DNA from: Trichinella spiralis
Taxonomy: Eukaryota
Direction: 5' to 3'
Length of the DNA: 64,000 nucleotides
NCBI RefSeq assembly: GCF_000181795.1
Contig: NW_003526940.1
Coordinates: 1,592,571-1,656,570, forward strand
The notes under the pieces were generated by a model that was not told the origin of the DNA, made no database searches, and worked only from the letters and a program-made list of their open reading frames with translations. Positions 13,250-29,120 of this stretch are shown piece by piece. Made by a program: the position numbers and the translations under genes. Positions within the stretch are counted from its first letter, which is position 1. The number at the start of each line of letters is the position of its first letter.

Positions 13250-14050
13250 TTATAAAGTTCCATCTCGACGTCGTCGTCTTGGTAAAGTAGAATAAGCGGG
13301 AGGCTGAACTCCGGTTGCTTGGGCTCTTCGTCTTGTCGTCATTGTCCGTGTTCGCTCAAGAGAAGAAGAATCTTCTCCAATAGTATCTTTTCCACTGCCT
13401 TCGTACAAATAATCAAATTCCTCTTCGACAAGCTGATTACCGTCGTCGTAATAGCCAGTCCATACGCGCTCTTTTACACTGTCACTGTCCGTCTGATTGA
13501 AATCTCTAGCACTGGTCAAATCGCCCACGCTGTAACTCTTGCGCAGTTGATTTACAAGATGCTCTTGTCCTGAAGAGAAATTTTCCTATTGGAAAACGAG
13601 CACAACAATTTCACATTTCAAAAAATCACCTTTCAAAGCAACACTGGCAACCACTTCACGAGCGTAGAGCATTCCACGCGTGCCCAGTTTCACCAGCGTT
13701 GTATAGCCTTGATGTTTCGCTTGACTTAAATATTCTTCAATGTCCTTTTCATGTCTTTCCAAAATAGGATGTATAAACTTTCTATAAAGAACGGTCGAAC
13801 CACGGGTATACGGCAACATAAGCCACAAAATAAACCACATTTTCATTTCATAATAAAACGGCAACCATATGCCGAGAAAAATATCTGCCAACGTTTCCAA
13901 GTTCAAAAAAACAGCAAAAACAATCCAATACATCATCCATTTCACATGTTCGCGGCCGTTTTTCGATTTCAACGCTTTAAACGACCGATAGGCAGGGTAC
14001 AAACCGCCGCAAAGCAAAGTCAATACCCGACAAAGTAGAACTGAAAGCAT
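13250..14050 (-). CDS. REEP: Receptor expression-enhancing protein, REEP1-4 class (TB2/DP1/HVA22)
   Basis: LYPAYRSFKA, VKWMMYWIVFA, WLPFYYEMK and LYRKFIHP motifs; exons 14050-13630 and 13569-13250; RKSYSVGDL tail motif. Confidence 0.92.
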
Positions 14051-14895
14051 GTAATTCAACAGCAGCACCTGAAACAAACAACTTTCGATAACTTTCCAAA
14101 TAAGACAACAATGTCAAATGCGACAGTCAATTAGCACACATTCTAATCTTCACCTAAATCTTGAAATGAATTGAATAAAAAGTAAAAATTAACTTTCAAC
14201 AAATGACGCTTTTCAACAAATAATATGCCCTAATAACAATGGAAAAAAACATTTCAACAACATTTTAAAATCAAAGCAAAAACAAAACAATCTGCACAAA
14301 TTATTCAAATTCCAAATCTACACAACAGTGATAACATCTTTACCAGACTTTGACTTATCAGGTGAAACGGTCTGGTTACATAAAAAGTATTTCAATTCAA
14401 ATTTAACGACAAAAGCCAGTTCCTTTCATTCAGTAATGTTCACCGTAAACAGCATACAGTAAGAAATGAAACCTATAAGCAAGATCAATAAAACAACCAA
14501 TAAATGCAATCGTTCAAAATAATATTAAAAAAAATATTTTCAACCTTTATTTTACTCATTCACATATATAATTTATAAATATTATTGCAGTGCAATTTTA
14601 AAAATATAAATAGCCACACATTTCTTAATTTCATATTATTTACAAGTAAAATGTGGCTAATTTGAAAACTGAAAATTTACAAATACTCGAAATGAAATCA
14701 ACATTGATATTAGAAAATGAATATCATTGCAGAATTGAAAATTTTTCACATCCAGAAATTCTTCTGAAAGTTGACACTAAATTTCATATCAAATGTCGCA
14801 ATATATTTTTACTTTCAACAAATAACAATATCAGAAAACCACGTTTATTATTTCTAGCATTGTCGAATTAAACGTATTTTAATTCAATAAACTGT

Positions 14896-14922
14896 AACTA
14901 AACTAAACTAAACTAAACTAAA
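14896..14922. repeat. (TAAAC)n pentanucleotide repeat
   Basis: About five tandem AAACT units. Confidence 0.8.
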
Positions 14923-14999
14923 GCAGGGAAAATTACAGTAAAATAACAAAAATAAGTAGTAGCAACAATGAACATTGCGATACAATGATGCCAAAAACA

Positions 15000-16598
15000 T
15001 CACAACCTGCTTTCTTTCTTTTTTGCATTTCCTAAATGGCTAAGTTTCATTGAAAATTTCTCTTCTCTGGAAATTTTATTCTCCTTGGCAGCGGTCGAAC
15101 TTTTTCCATTGGTAATACTTGCAGCTGATCGTCGAACGTATCTTTTACTTTTTTCCGAATTGTCAACTGTTAAATTTGTCTTATCGTTAATTTCTGTGGA
15201 GCAACTTTTCATCCCATGTGAAGGTTTGTTCAAAATTTTGCTTTCCACTTTTGCATTCGTCCTCACATTGCCAACTTCTTTGAATTCTTTTTTCAAAACA
15301 GCTACTCTTTCAACTTTCTTTGGTTCAGTACGATTTTTTGCATTTAATTTCAATTTCAGTTTTTCCACCTGCATAAATAAAATCAGTAAAAATTTCCTTT
15401 ATATGAAAAAATTAATACCTCGTTTTGTAGTCCTTTTATTTCAAAATCTTTGCTTTTCAGTTTTAAATTTAATTCACAAACTTGTTTATTCAAATGTACA
15501 ATTTTTTCATATTTTTCTGATTTTCTCGATACAACATCTGAGGAAGATAGCTTTGGCTCAACTTTCGTTTTCTCTGTTTCTCTCGAACAACATTTCAATT
15601 CTTCTTCATTTGTCCATACACAAGCTATATAAAATGTTGTAAAATATTTCAAGTTAAAAAATTCCTCTTTAACATAAACTAGCTCACCATCTTTATGTTG
15701 TACAAAAGTCATAACTGCTTCATCACTCCTGGACTTAGTATCCAGCCCAGCTGCTAAATACATGAAGATGAGAAATTAAAAAGAAAAAAATTTACACTTT
15801 TACAATTTTCAAGTTCAGAAAGGGTAACTTCGTTGCGTTTGTCGTCTGCCATACGTGCCATCTGTATTTCGAGTTCTACAATGAACACAACATAACTAAA
15901 AGAAACAAAAGCTCGACTGTTTCCAATAAGAGAACCACCTACCACGATGACTGCTTTGAAGCTGCTCTATTTTCAAATAAAGATGTTTCAGAGTATATTT
16001 TCTGTCATTTACCAGGTTTCGCATCTGGTCCGCAATTTTCCTATTCCAAAGCTTATCATGTTCAGCGAGGAACATTCGAAACCAACTCACTGGCATGCAT
16101 TCATCGTTGGATTTGTCGAAGAAGCTTAAGTATAAATTGCTATGTGATGATCCTAGAAATCAACAAATATGCAAAAGTGAAAATAGACAGAAATTATTTC
16201 ACTAAACAAACCCGCTGAGCATAATTCAGTGCTATCTAAAAAACACTTATCCAAAGGTGGAGAGAGCAATGTACTACGTTCAGCTGATTCCAAAATATTG
16301 CTACTTTCACAAGCTAAAATAAGTATCATTTCAGTTCAAACATTTTCAGTTAAAAATATGCTTATATTTGAAATGTGCAAAAGTAAAATAAGAAAATTCA
16401 ATCTAAACTCAATATTATTAACTTAAAAAAACTGCCGTTGCTTACATATAATTCAATTAAACATTCGAAAACATCAATTATACATTTTGCTATAATAAGA
16501 ATTTTGATATGGATAAAATAATTTTGCTTATAATCATGTACATAAATTTTCTTACAAATTTCACTGTTATTTTCCATTTCACAACTGAGATTTTCCAT
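15000..16598 (-). CDS. Uncharacterised multi-exon protein with coiled-coil segments and a basic C-terminus
   Basis: The first three exons splice in frame (MENLSCEM... / SCESSNILESAER... / GSSHSNLYLSFFDKSNDECMPVSWFRMF...). Later exons are heptad-rich (VHLNKQVCELNLKLKSKDFEIKGLQNE). No family recognised. Confidence 0.65.
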
Positions 16599-17329
16599 GT
16601 TCACGAAAACCCGTACCATCGAAGATATACAAGTGACATACTGTATATATATAAATTAGGTCAGGTTGAACAGTATTTATAGAGGCTGAAATTAAATTAA
16701 ATTTGAACTAAATCTAGAAAATATCTACATAATTATTTAAAATGTGATTTTTAAAGCTAATGTTTTACTGGTTGCTAATTTTTGAAACCTTTATAAAAAT
16801 GACAAATATTTGCATGATATTTTATTTAAAAATAAGAAAATTATTCTAAATTTGCTTAAAAAAATTATTCTACGAGATTAATTGCTAAAATTCGTTTGCT
16901 TATATGTATGTTAAGAAAAATGAGAAAAATTTAATACGCATCTGTACGATCGCAGTTGCAAATGTATGTTTGAGTCTACATTGCAGTTTTATGTTTTGCA
17001 TTTATTTGAAAAATTACTTTATTTAATAATTAATATTTATCATTTAAACATCAGCAGCATTATTTTATTACATAAATCATTTTACTTGAAACAGAAGAAT
17101 TACATGAATGTTTATTTAAAATGTATTTTAAAAAATAACAAATATATTTTATACATTATTAAATGTAAGGATAAAGCAATCAATATGTTTCATCCATAAA
17201 TATAAATGTATAAATATAGAAATTATAAATGTTTATTTGCACAGTAAAAATTAAACTTGACGATATTATTCATACTGTATTGTTTTCTCCAGCTGGTTGC
17301 ACACAGTCTTGTGACCTGCCTAGAAATAG

Positions 17330-18908
<1,579 letters not shown>

Positions 18909-19517
18909 CTTCATTAAGCAGTATTTTTTTAATGATTTTTTTATATAGTTTTGTTTTTTCTTAATTTTTATTACTTATAGTGAGTAATGAATGCTGCAAC
19001 TCTGTTTTTGTACATTTTTCACAACTGTCTACTTTTTCTTTACGAATGTTCCTGATCAAGAGAGACGGAACATTCTTTGGTAAAAGTTGTGCATATAACA
19101 TGAGCTTTTTTGCAACTTTTTTTTACTGCTTACTGTTGTGTCAGTGGGTTTGCACAGTCTGGGAAATGGTTTACTTTGTGTGTATATGTTTTTAATGTAT
19201 ATTTTCTGACTTGCAATTTGCATGGAAAGGTGATATCACAGATTTGGTGAGCGTGGCGCCAGTTAGTAAAATAAATTTGTAAAGTTTTGTCTAAGATTTT
19301 TTTGTTTCCAGAACAAACAAAAAAAGCAAAAAAATATTTAATTTTCAAGTAACAATCAAAAATAAAGATATTGTAATTGAAGGCGAATTTTGTTATTTTC
19401 TTGTGTTGTTTGAACATTCTCATTATCCTGATCATCATCATCATCAGCTTTCAAAATTGTGGTATATTTTTCATTTCAATATGTCAAAACAAGTAAAGCG
19501 TTATAAATCAATTATTA

Positions 19518-22500
19518 TCACATAATTGAAGTTGATTTTTCATTGTCGCTGTCTTTTTCTTCACCTACTCGAAATTGCCTGACTCTAGCTTTGGTTGAAA
19601 AGTATGCGTTACAGTACAGACGATAAAGCAATCTGTACAAGTAGATTTGCATTGTTTGTTAAAGTAATTTAAATTTCTCGCGTGGGACCAAAAAAGCAAC
19701 TTACCTTGGTAATAGAGCAGATACGATTATTAGAGCAACCGTTTCCCAGTAATAGCATTTTTGAGTAATTATTTCAGCGACGAAATATGGTGGATCAGGA
19801 TTGCAGCATTTCACCGATAGGAAGTTGTACAATAATGCGAAACCGTAAAAAACAACTATAGAGCCGAAGATAACAAAGATCATCCAAAAAGTCTAAAAAA
19901 ATTAACATATTTATTGACAGGTTAGATTTGCTCGACTGCATGTTCTTTCAATGGTGGATTATTTTAATCAGTTTGATTGCATTATATTCGGAGTGAATTT
20001 CAAATAAGAAGCTTTAATTAAATGTAAAAGCATGAAATTACTTACAAGATGTTGAACTTCTGAAAGGAGATGAATTTGACTGCAAACTAGCAACGAAGAG
20101 AAACTCACAAATCCAATCACGCACATGTTTGCGTCAGTTTGATCGGCAGTCTGAAATAATTGAATTAGAAACAGAAAGACTAATTTCATACTGTAAAAAC
20201 GTATTCCAAACTGTGAACTAAAAGAAGAAATAATTTACCAAAAAAATAATTATAAAAATGGCAAAACTTTGCCAAGCTGCATCGATCATGTTGATCCAAA
20301 AGTTTTTCTTTTTGTAAACCTGAAAAACATTCTTCTGTAAATAGTATTTTGCTTTGTTTATTCAAATATAATTTCTACTTCATTTTTTCTACCCAAACGA
20401 TACAGTTGCGGATATTTGATCAACGTTTCTGCATCGACGTCGCGTTCAATAATGCCGAAGAACAACGGTGGTACTGCGGTGAATAAAACATTGTATAATT
20501 GAAGATATACTGGATCGACCAACGACTGTGCACTGAATCCGCAAACGAACTGGTACCACAGTAAGAGGAAAACTAATATCTAAATTTAAATTTAAATTTA
20601 AATCAACTATCATAATTGCTGATTTGAAAACGAATCCACTTTTCAAATTTAATTATCAAAGAAAGAACAATGTAATGCTTACGGCATTTTTGTAAAAGAA
20701 ATAAAGAACAATTCTAGAAAGCCGATCGTAACACCAGTGACCGTGCACTAGTAGCAGTCTTTGCAACATGGCAAACTTGGGTATGGCAAAATCGCTGGCC
20801 ATCACTGCTTGCATACCTTCTTGACCAGATATGCCCACACCGATGTCAGCGCACTTCAGCATCGGCACATCATTGGCACCATCTCCAACTGCCAATGTTT
20901 GACAACGCATTACAGACTTTAAAAGTTTCGCAATAGCACCCTGGATGAAAAATGCAAGCTGCAAAAATTTATTTGTGCCAGTGTCAATGGCTTACTTTTT
21001 GATTCGGTGATGTTCGACAACAAATCATCGATGTGCACTGTGATGCTAATGTTATAAAACACTTTTGTGTTTCTTTTTTTAAAAAAAAATTCATCGTACG
21101 ACCGTCTATTACAAGACCAATCGCTTGCTTAGTTGAATTTTTAGCATCTCTGGCACGATTCAAAGCTGCCTGAAGTGATTTTTCAGCTTCATTCTGATAA
21201 ATAAGTCGAATAAAAGACAAGTACAATTAATGTTAATTTCTTCTATTATTGTTATTATTATTATTATTACAAATTAGTTACTTCAGTTTTGGCTGTAAGA
21301 GTGATCAATTCAGTTTCTGAAGTGAACAGTTTCGATGCATATGCAATATTGACTGCCGTTTCCATTTTATCTCCAGTCAACACCCAAACTTTTATACCAG
21401 CTTCTCTTAATGCTTGTATGCATTCGGGAACGTCGTTTTGCAAACGATCTTCTATTGCCGTAACGCCCAACAGTTGTAAATTTTGTTCAATCTGCTCGCA
21501 CCAAAAATCGATCTGCTCGTTTCGATCAATATCTGATTGTACTGTTTCAGCTTTACTGTATCCTTCCAGCCATTGATTGTATTCTTCGTTGCTCAGACGA
21601 CGCATTGCAAAGCACAAGGTGCGCAATCCCTCTTTGCTGTACATTTCCAAATGTCGTTCACATTCAGCAATATTGAACTGGCCAATTTCACTGTTTCTGT
21701 AATCTTCGGACAACAGATTCATCACTGTAGAATCGGCGCCTTTAGTGTACAGTACAAGCTGATCGGGTGTGGTCATTTTTCTGGCAATAATCGACATTCG
21801 CGATCGTTTTGCGGTAAATGCCAGCACTTGTAAAATTTCATAAACATCCACTTGCTTATTTGGCAACTGCACGCAGGTACGAGTGCCTTGACGCCTCGCG
21901 AGTCGCATACCGTACGCTGCGGCAGCGTGCACCAATGCCAACTCGTCTGGACTTTCAGATTCATAAATTGGATTACGGTAACACGAGACGGTCGATCTCG
22001 GCTTGGGCTTCAACAGCGGAGGTAGACGAAAAACTGGCAAATCGAGCAGCTTTTTCAAAGTTTGATACGAATGGCATTTCGGCGGCTCTTTGTTTAAACA
22101 GCTCAAAGTCACCTCACTTCCGGTGAAACTTTCCTCCTCAGCACTGTCGGGTGAAAGCTTCTTGTTGCTGGTGGATTTTTCATCTTTACCATCAGTATCG
22201 TTCGCTTGTTGTCTGGCTTTCTTTTTGAAAATGTTCACATTTTTCGCTGCAATCAGATCGCTGAGAGAGAACAACGGCGTGCTGATTGGACTTCGCAGGA
22301 ATGTCGTGGAATTGATTGACTTTGGCTTCTTCTTTGGTGATGATTCATTTTTTGCACTGTTGGTGATTTTTGCCGGCCATGTCGGCTCGGTGGACAGCGG
22401 CAACTGTTCGATCGCCCATCGGTCAACCAAATTCTGATCACGTATAACAATTTCTCGGCCCGTCGCAGTGTTGTAGTTGCTTTGCGCGTTCACAACTACC

Positions 22501-24694
22501 GTATTACAGATGGCCATGTTGACGAAGAAATGATAAATTGTTTCGTATTCAGAATTGCGCAAATCGAGATTGTTCTGATCGATTGGCTTCTGAAACAGCG
22601 AATGCAGCGTGGTCAGAAGTTCTACATTCGGTTCGATGTTTTTGGCCAACGTTCGACCAGATCTCGCCTGGCGGTTGTCCACGTTCGAATGCTTTTCTCC
22701 GACAGCGTAATCTGTACCACCAATCGTGCAACGCTTGAATACCATCAAATTTTCAGTCAACGTTCCAGTCTTATCTGACAGTACGTATTCAATTTGACCA
22801 AGATCTTCAGGAATGTTCAACGCTCGACACTGCACCGATTGATTGGAAGCGGAATCGTGCAATTGTCTATCTTGACCAATTGCATAAATTTGACCAAGTT
22901 TAATAAATTCCAAACTGACGTACAATGAGATTGGAATCATTGCCTATGAAAATAAAAATAAAAATATTAACTTTACCATCTTCTTTGATCTACAAATAAT
23001 ACCTGCAAAATTATAATAAATGTCCAAAATATTACGAATGAATCTGCTACAGCAGTGGAAGGGCTGACGTAAAACTCGTTCAGAAAGGGAATTTGTGAAA
23101 AATCGTGAAATGATGACAACCACAGATAACAACCTAAATAATTGGTGAAAAGTATTTAATATAATAAAAATATTAATAAATGCAGTGCAAATATATTTAC
23201 CGAGAGCACAAAAGAAGCAAATAATTAACAGCAGTAATACACAAGCCGCAATATCAGAGTTCATCATTCTTTCCAATTTACTTTGCTTATACCGAGTATT
23301 GGAATTGTTGAGCATTACTTTCGTTTCCCGTCCTTACAGTATGTGTTTTAAAATAAAAAGAATATTATTATATTAATATTGGAATATTATCATTGAAAAA
23401 AAAGCACCTGCATAAACAACAATGCCTTCTACAAAGTCAGTATTGCGCAACTCTGTGCCACGAAGAAGTAAATTGCGAGAACTTAGAGGCTGTTTGGTAC
23501 CATCCGTATTAAATCTGCAAATATAAAAGAAAAATCATTCGAAAAAAGTTGAAAATTTTGTTCATTTAAAAGTAAATTTACAAAAATCCGTGAAATTTGT
23601 AAAGCTGACTATTGGGATGTTCACAGTGGATTGAATTGCAAAACGAGTTGGGTGAAAATTTATTTTTCTAAAAAAATTAACATGAAAAGATGATAAAAAT
23701 TTGACTGCAAATTTGTCTACTTGGCCATTTGTATTAGTAGGGACGACGACAACACGCTGTTTCAAGCTGTTCTCACCATCGATGTTAGCCGTTTCAATGT
23801 AACAAACACCGGCTGAATCTGCACTATTTAACAATAAAATATCTGCAGGGACAACTTCATTGCATGACAAAAAAATTATATCTCCAACAGTTACACTTTC
23901 CCAAACGGAAGATTTGTATTGTTTTGTAATTCTTAAAATTTATTAATAATATGAAAGTAAATTATAATAATAGCAATAATTTTTGCTGTTTGTCGTTGTT
24001 GTCGCTGTAAATGTTGTTATATCAAAGCAGCTTACCCATCAAAAATCTTGCACGTTCTGTGATTAATCTGTTTGTCTAATTTGAAACGACGACGATCTTC
24101 ATACAAATCTTTCATAGCTGTGATAGACAAAACGAACAGTATTGGTGTTAAACCGATAAATTTACCATAAGCTTCTACCTGAAAAAAGTTTTTGTTTGTT
24201 TGTTTGTTTGCCTATTCGATAGTTGCGTTACCTGAGGTACCCAGTTGAGCAATGCAATGAACAAAAAATACAAATTTGCCAATCTGTGAAATTGTTCGAA
24301 CAAATTTTTCGGCAAAAATGTGATCAACGTGTATTTTGTCGTTTTCACTTTATTGTTGGCGTAATGTCGATTCGGAATTTGTTTAGCTTCTTCTTTTATG
24401 TAAATGTGATTGGGAATCACCGTCCTGTATCTACAAACAATATCCATACTTTATTCCAATAGATTTTAAAATTTTTTTGAAAAAAAGTGAAAAATACTCT
24501 GGGTAGGTTTTTTTACTCCGTATGCATGCAAGCGAGCGTTTGAGTAGATGTTTCAAACAAGCCGGCAACCAGCAACAGTGTTCAATTGAAGAAGAATCAT
24601 ATTCTTCTTTGTTGTAATTATCATTTTCAGTTTTCACAAAAGACAACGCAGGAAAGTTCCAGTTGAACATGCCACTGTAAAAATTTTCTGTCAT
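19518..24694 (-). CDS. ATP10: P4-type ATPase phospholipid flippase, ATP10 class
   Basis: [48 protein letters not shown] and [10 protein letters not shown] motifs; TM4 [25 protein letters not shown]; long insert in the N-domain. Start codon is tentative. Confidence 0.92.
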
Positions 24695-27600
24695 TTCGCG
24701 GTTGAAAAGTTGAATAATTTTTCAAATCATACGCTTGTAAACTTGCAATTTAAGTGCAACGGGGTGTATTTTATGAAATAAATTTCATTTTTAAATGAGA
24801 TACCCTTTTTGCATATGCAATACTTGATTTTTGAAATAGGTTAAAGAAGAAATTTAAATATATCTTGAAATAATATATTTTCTTATGTGAAAAGACATAA
24901 AATGAAATAAATGAACAAGTGATGTAAAAGGTGATTTACAAGTAGAGGCAAATAAAAGACGAACTAGAATTAAAGTAAACATGCGACTTGAATACTGATT
25001 AAAATAAAAAGTATAACGCAATTGAAATTTGGAATATTTCAATTTTGAGCATATGCTAAATATTTTAAAATGAAATCAACTATCAGCAATTAATAATTAA
25101 GAAGAGTATTATTTTTCGAAAACTGAACAAATATTTTAATTAAATTTAATTTCATCATATACAATTATTATTGATAGCAATATTTGATGATCAAATCAAT
25201 GAAAATTACCATTTCATGATTAGATTAGAGAAGAAAGGGAAAATGATAACGAAGAAAGAGAGAGCGTGGAAGTGAAAAGAATAGAAGTAGGAAAGAATGA
25301 ATAGAAAAATCAGAATCACATCTAGCCAGCCTTCAGTGTCGCACAAATTGGTGCAACTTTTCGTACAGGGTCAAAATTTTTATTTGATTTGCACTTCTTT
25401 ATTGACAGTTGTCACAGATGACGCTTACATAATCTGTTTTTGATAGCATGCTGTTGTTGTTGTTGTCGTTGCTGCTGCTGCTATTGTCATTTGTCTGTCA
25501 TAAAATTTGCTTGGAAGAAGAAAAGCAAAAGCATCCTATTCTGCTGCTTTTATGCTAAAAGCTGGTCAATTTATTGTTTTGTTGTTTTGTTTTTCACTCT
25601 TATGCATATTGTACATATTCAATAAAACTTTTCATAGATCAAGATTAATCTATATCGAAGAAGCTGAAAATTAATACAAGCTTTCTATTTCGAATGGTAA
25701 AATTTCTTGTTGAAATATTCAACATTTAACTTTTGTTCATGGTGAAAACAAAACCAAGAACCAAGACAATCAATTGTATCCGATCAAAAGACAGATAAGA
25801 TCAATTTTTAACACAATTCTTTTAGCTTTTTCTCGAAAAACTAAATTATTGAAAAGACCGTATTATTTATTAAAAATTTTATATTCAAAAATGATCAATT
25901 TAGAAAAATTTATACTTGACAACAAATTTTTTTACAAAATTTATACTTTTTGCCGCTGAAACCGATCAAATACACCTTTATATAATTAATAATTTTACTC
26001 CATCTTGTACTTTAAAATTATACGTTTGTCAGACTGATCAACAACAAGCCAAATCATGCAAAAATTATTGAATCACCAAGTAAATAAAGCATAACTATAC
26101 ATGCGCATGTGATGCAATGAAAGAAGAATCATTTTTTCTATTATTAAACAAGTTGGAATAGGGTTTGCATTAATAATAATGAATAATATTTCTCACTAGT
26201 TTCAACTGCTTTTTATTTGCCAACAATCTTTTTTATCATAAAAGTTGCTTATAAAGCTGTTCAAGCAGTATGAGAAAAACAAAATCAACTTATAAAAGTA
26301 AGCACGCCCACCATCAACAAAATCATTTATGACACTGCTTTTTCAGCAGATTATCTAAATTTTGTTGGTTTTAATCATTATAAAAAGATACAACACGAAA
26401 TACAAAAAACGAATAAAAAAACTAACATGGAGAACGCAAATAAATGATGCGATTACTGAATTTGGAAAAAAAATCAACGTTTTGCAAGGGTGTTAAATTT
26501 TACAAATTTATCATAGCTTTAACTAAATTTGAAAAGTTGTTTAATTGGATAATCAACTGCTATCTATGAATTAAGTCTGCAAAATTTATATAAAATAGCA
26601 ATTTTAGATGAAATCAGTTGTAAGTAAATATGAAACTTTTGAAAATAATTTTAGCAAATTTTTGAAATTTTGATAATAATAAAAAGGCGGTTTCAAAAAG
26701 TGTACAAATTATTTATTTGATGTCTCTTAAAGTGATTTGATGAAATCATTTTATGAATGAAAATGCTTTGAATATCTTTTTTGAAAGTTATCATTGAAAT
26801 AAAAAAATAACATTTAAATTTTGTTTTAACGGATTTTAAATTAATATGAAAGTCCGTATGCAGGTGCAATTTTCATAATTCACTGATTTCATGTTTTATA
26901 TTCATAATTGAATTTATTGCTCTTTGTAAATAAAAAAACGCATCTATGATAATTTTTATGTTAATATGAAATTTAAATCAGCAGAACGTATTGCGTTTTT
27001 TCAGCAGTTTTTTTATTTTAATAAAAATATTTCTACAGTAACTTTTAGTATAAATATATACGAGAAATTATAAATTAAGTTCAAAATTATTTAAATTTTA
27101 AAAGCATTTATTTATTTATTCACATCCATTGTCAACTCATACAATGTTTACTTGATAGGCTGTTTTTTTTTCAAAAAAATTCTATTCGAACATTCTTGAA
27201 TTAAAATTTTCAAACTAAAATTACCAAGTTTAACTTTTGCAGACAATAATTATTTTAGCTTATATTATTTTCAAAACGATTACTAAACACTTTAGAAATT
27301 ATTAACAAAGTGCAAAGTGAATTCGCAGGATTGTAAAATTAATTAATGAGTTATCATGAGTAATGAGAAAGTTAATCAAATAATTTATGCTGCACTGAGA
27401 ATTAATTGTCAGTTGCGTATATCATTGAACAATTCATTTGTGAAGCTACTAATCAAATTTGTTTTATCTGCTTTGACTTTTGAGATATTTTAATGAAAAT
27501 ATTAAATTATCTCAAAAATTGCAAATAAAATTATTAAAGTGCAATATTTATCATGCTAAGAATGGTAATGGGATTTATTTATTTAAAAAATGCATATTTT

Positions 27601-27901
27601 GCAATGGTAATGTAATAACATATGCAAATTGAAATATGCAATAGTTTAGCACATTTTGACAATTAGATCGAGAAAAAGAAAGCAGTCTGAACCTTTATCG
27701 AAACATTTATTTCGTATAAGAAGCTGAGAACTACATGGAAAATGTTTTGACATCATAAACTATTGTAAAATGCTGGAATATTTTAGATCACGAAAGTTTT
27801 TTGTGAATTATTCAATTAATATTTACATTTAAATAATCCCTACATTATATTATGGCTAATTTCAGAATAGAACAACAGCAGTGTACAATTTTGGTAGCAT
27901 T

Positions 27902-29120
27902 TCAAAAAAATGGAAAATCAGCGTCGCCATAACCACTGGATATTTCCTTTTTCGCAAGCGTGGACAATTGCATTTGCCATTGGTTTACAACATGTTGGGC
28001 ATTTCCAGGCTGCGCATTTTGTACATCAACACGAACATTACGTCCGTATTTGTCGTCAAACTTACGGACCAACAACAATGCAGGTACAAACGAAATTTTG
28101 TGTATTGCGAGAATTTTTCTACAAGCAATTTATTTTACTTTTTATCTGTTGAGTGAATTTCTTCAAAATTTCAGTTTTTTACTTTAAAATTTCTGGTTCT
28201 GCTTCAATCCATGCCCATTTTTTATGTTTCTGTTCCATTTTGAACTTTCCTTTGCAATCAATAGGGACAACAATAATTTCCAATGTATTTGGTTTTGCTT
28301 CATCATAAAATACCTGCAATCAAGCCAAATTAACTAAATAATTGATATACTTATTCAAATGAAAGAAAAAATTATGCAGATCAAATAAGAAAAATATTTA
28401 CATTCAAATATGCGTAATAAATAGACAGAAAGAAGAAACCTACCCACAAGTATCGTTGCTCAGTTGATTTTTCCCATTAATAATTAAAAGAAAGACTTAA
28501 TCAACTGGCGTTGAATAGTGATTATAAAAATGATATTTTAACAAATATCCGTTGATTTTTGATGTGAAAAGCAAGGAAGAACATTTTGAAGAGGATATTA
28601 AAAAAGTGGCTTAAATATATAAAATATTAAAAGCAAACACACAAAATTTTTTAAAAATTATGCTTATTCATTATTCTTGGGAAAGTGAAATTTGTAAAAT
28701 AAAACATATTCAAATGGAACCTTCAATCGTTCGTTGAACGCTTTGCAAGCTTCACACCAAGAGGCGGTGAAGTACAACAGCAACACCTTGTCTTTCCAAG
28801 ATTCAAATTTCACTTGGCATGTTTGATTGAACAAACTGCTTTTCAATATTCGCAAATTTTGCAACCAAGCATCTTGCTCATTTGCTTTTTCTGATTCTGC
28901 AATGCTTGTAGAATTCTAAGAAAAAAAAACAAATAAATTTACCAATAAATTTTATTTAAAAGTTTATTTTTTAAATTTTACACGTATAATAAGAATTATT
29001 TTTTACATTAAATGTGTAAAATCTTTTTACTTTTATTAATTCATCATCTTTAGTTAATGAAGACTTTTCAGTATTGAATTTTTTGAACATTTCGACAGAA
29101 TTTTGATGGAGAATTTTCAT
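27902..29120 (-). CDS. Thioredoxin-like protein (nucleoredoxin / nematode Trx type) with WCEAC site
   Basis: Four exons join in frame: MKILHQN... / ...KDKVLLLYFTASWCEACKAFNERLK / VFYDEAKPNTLEIIVVPID...WAWI / ...ISFVPALLLV...GRNVRVDVQ...VVNQW...DFPFF*. Start is uncertain. Confidence 0.82.

Noticed and set aside
27881..28187. Three overlapping plus-strand ORFs
   Set aside because: Antisense to the last exon of the thioredoxin-like gene.
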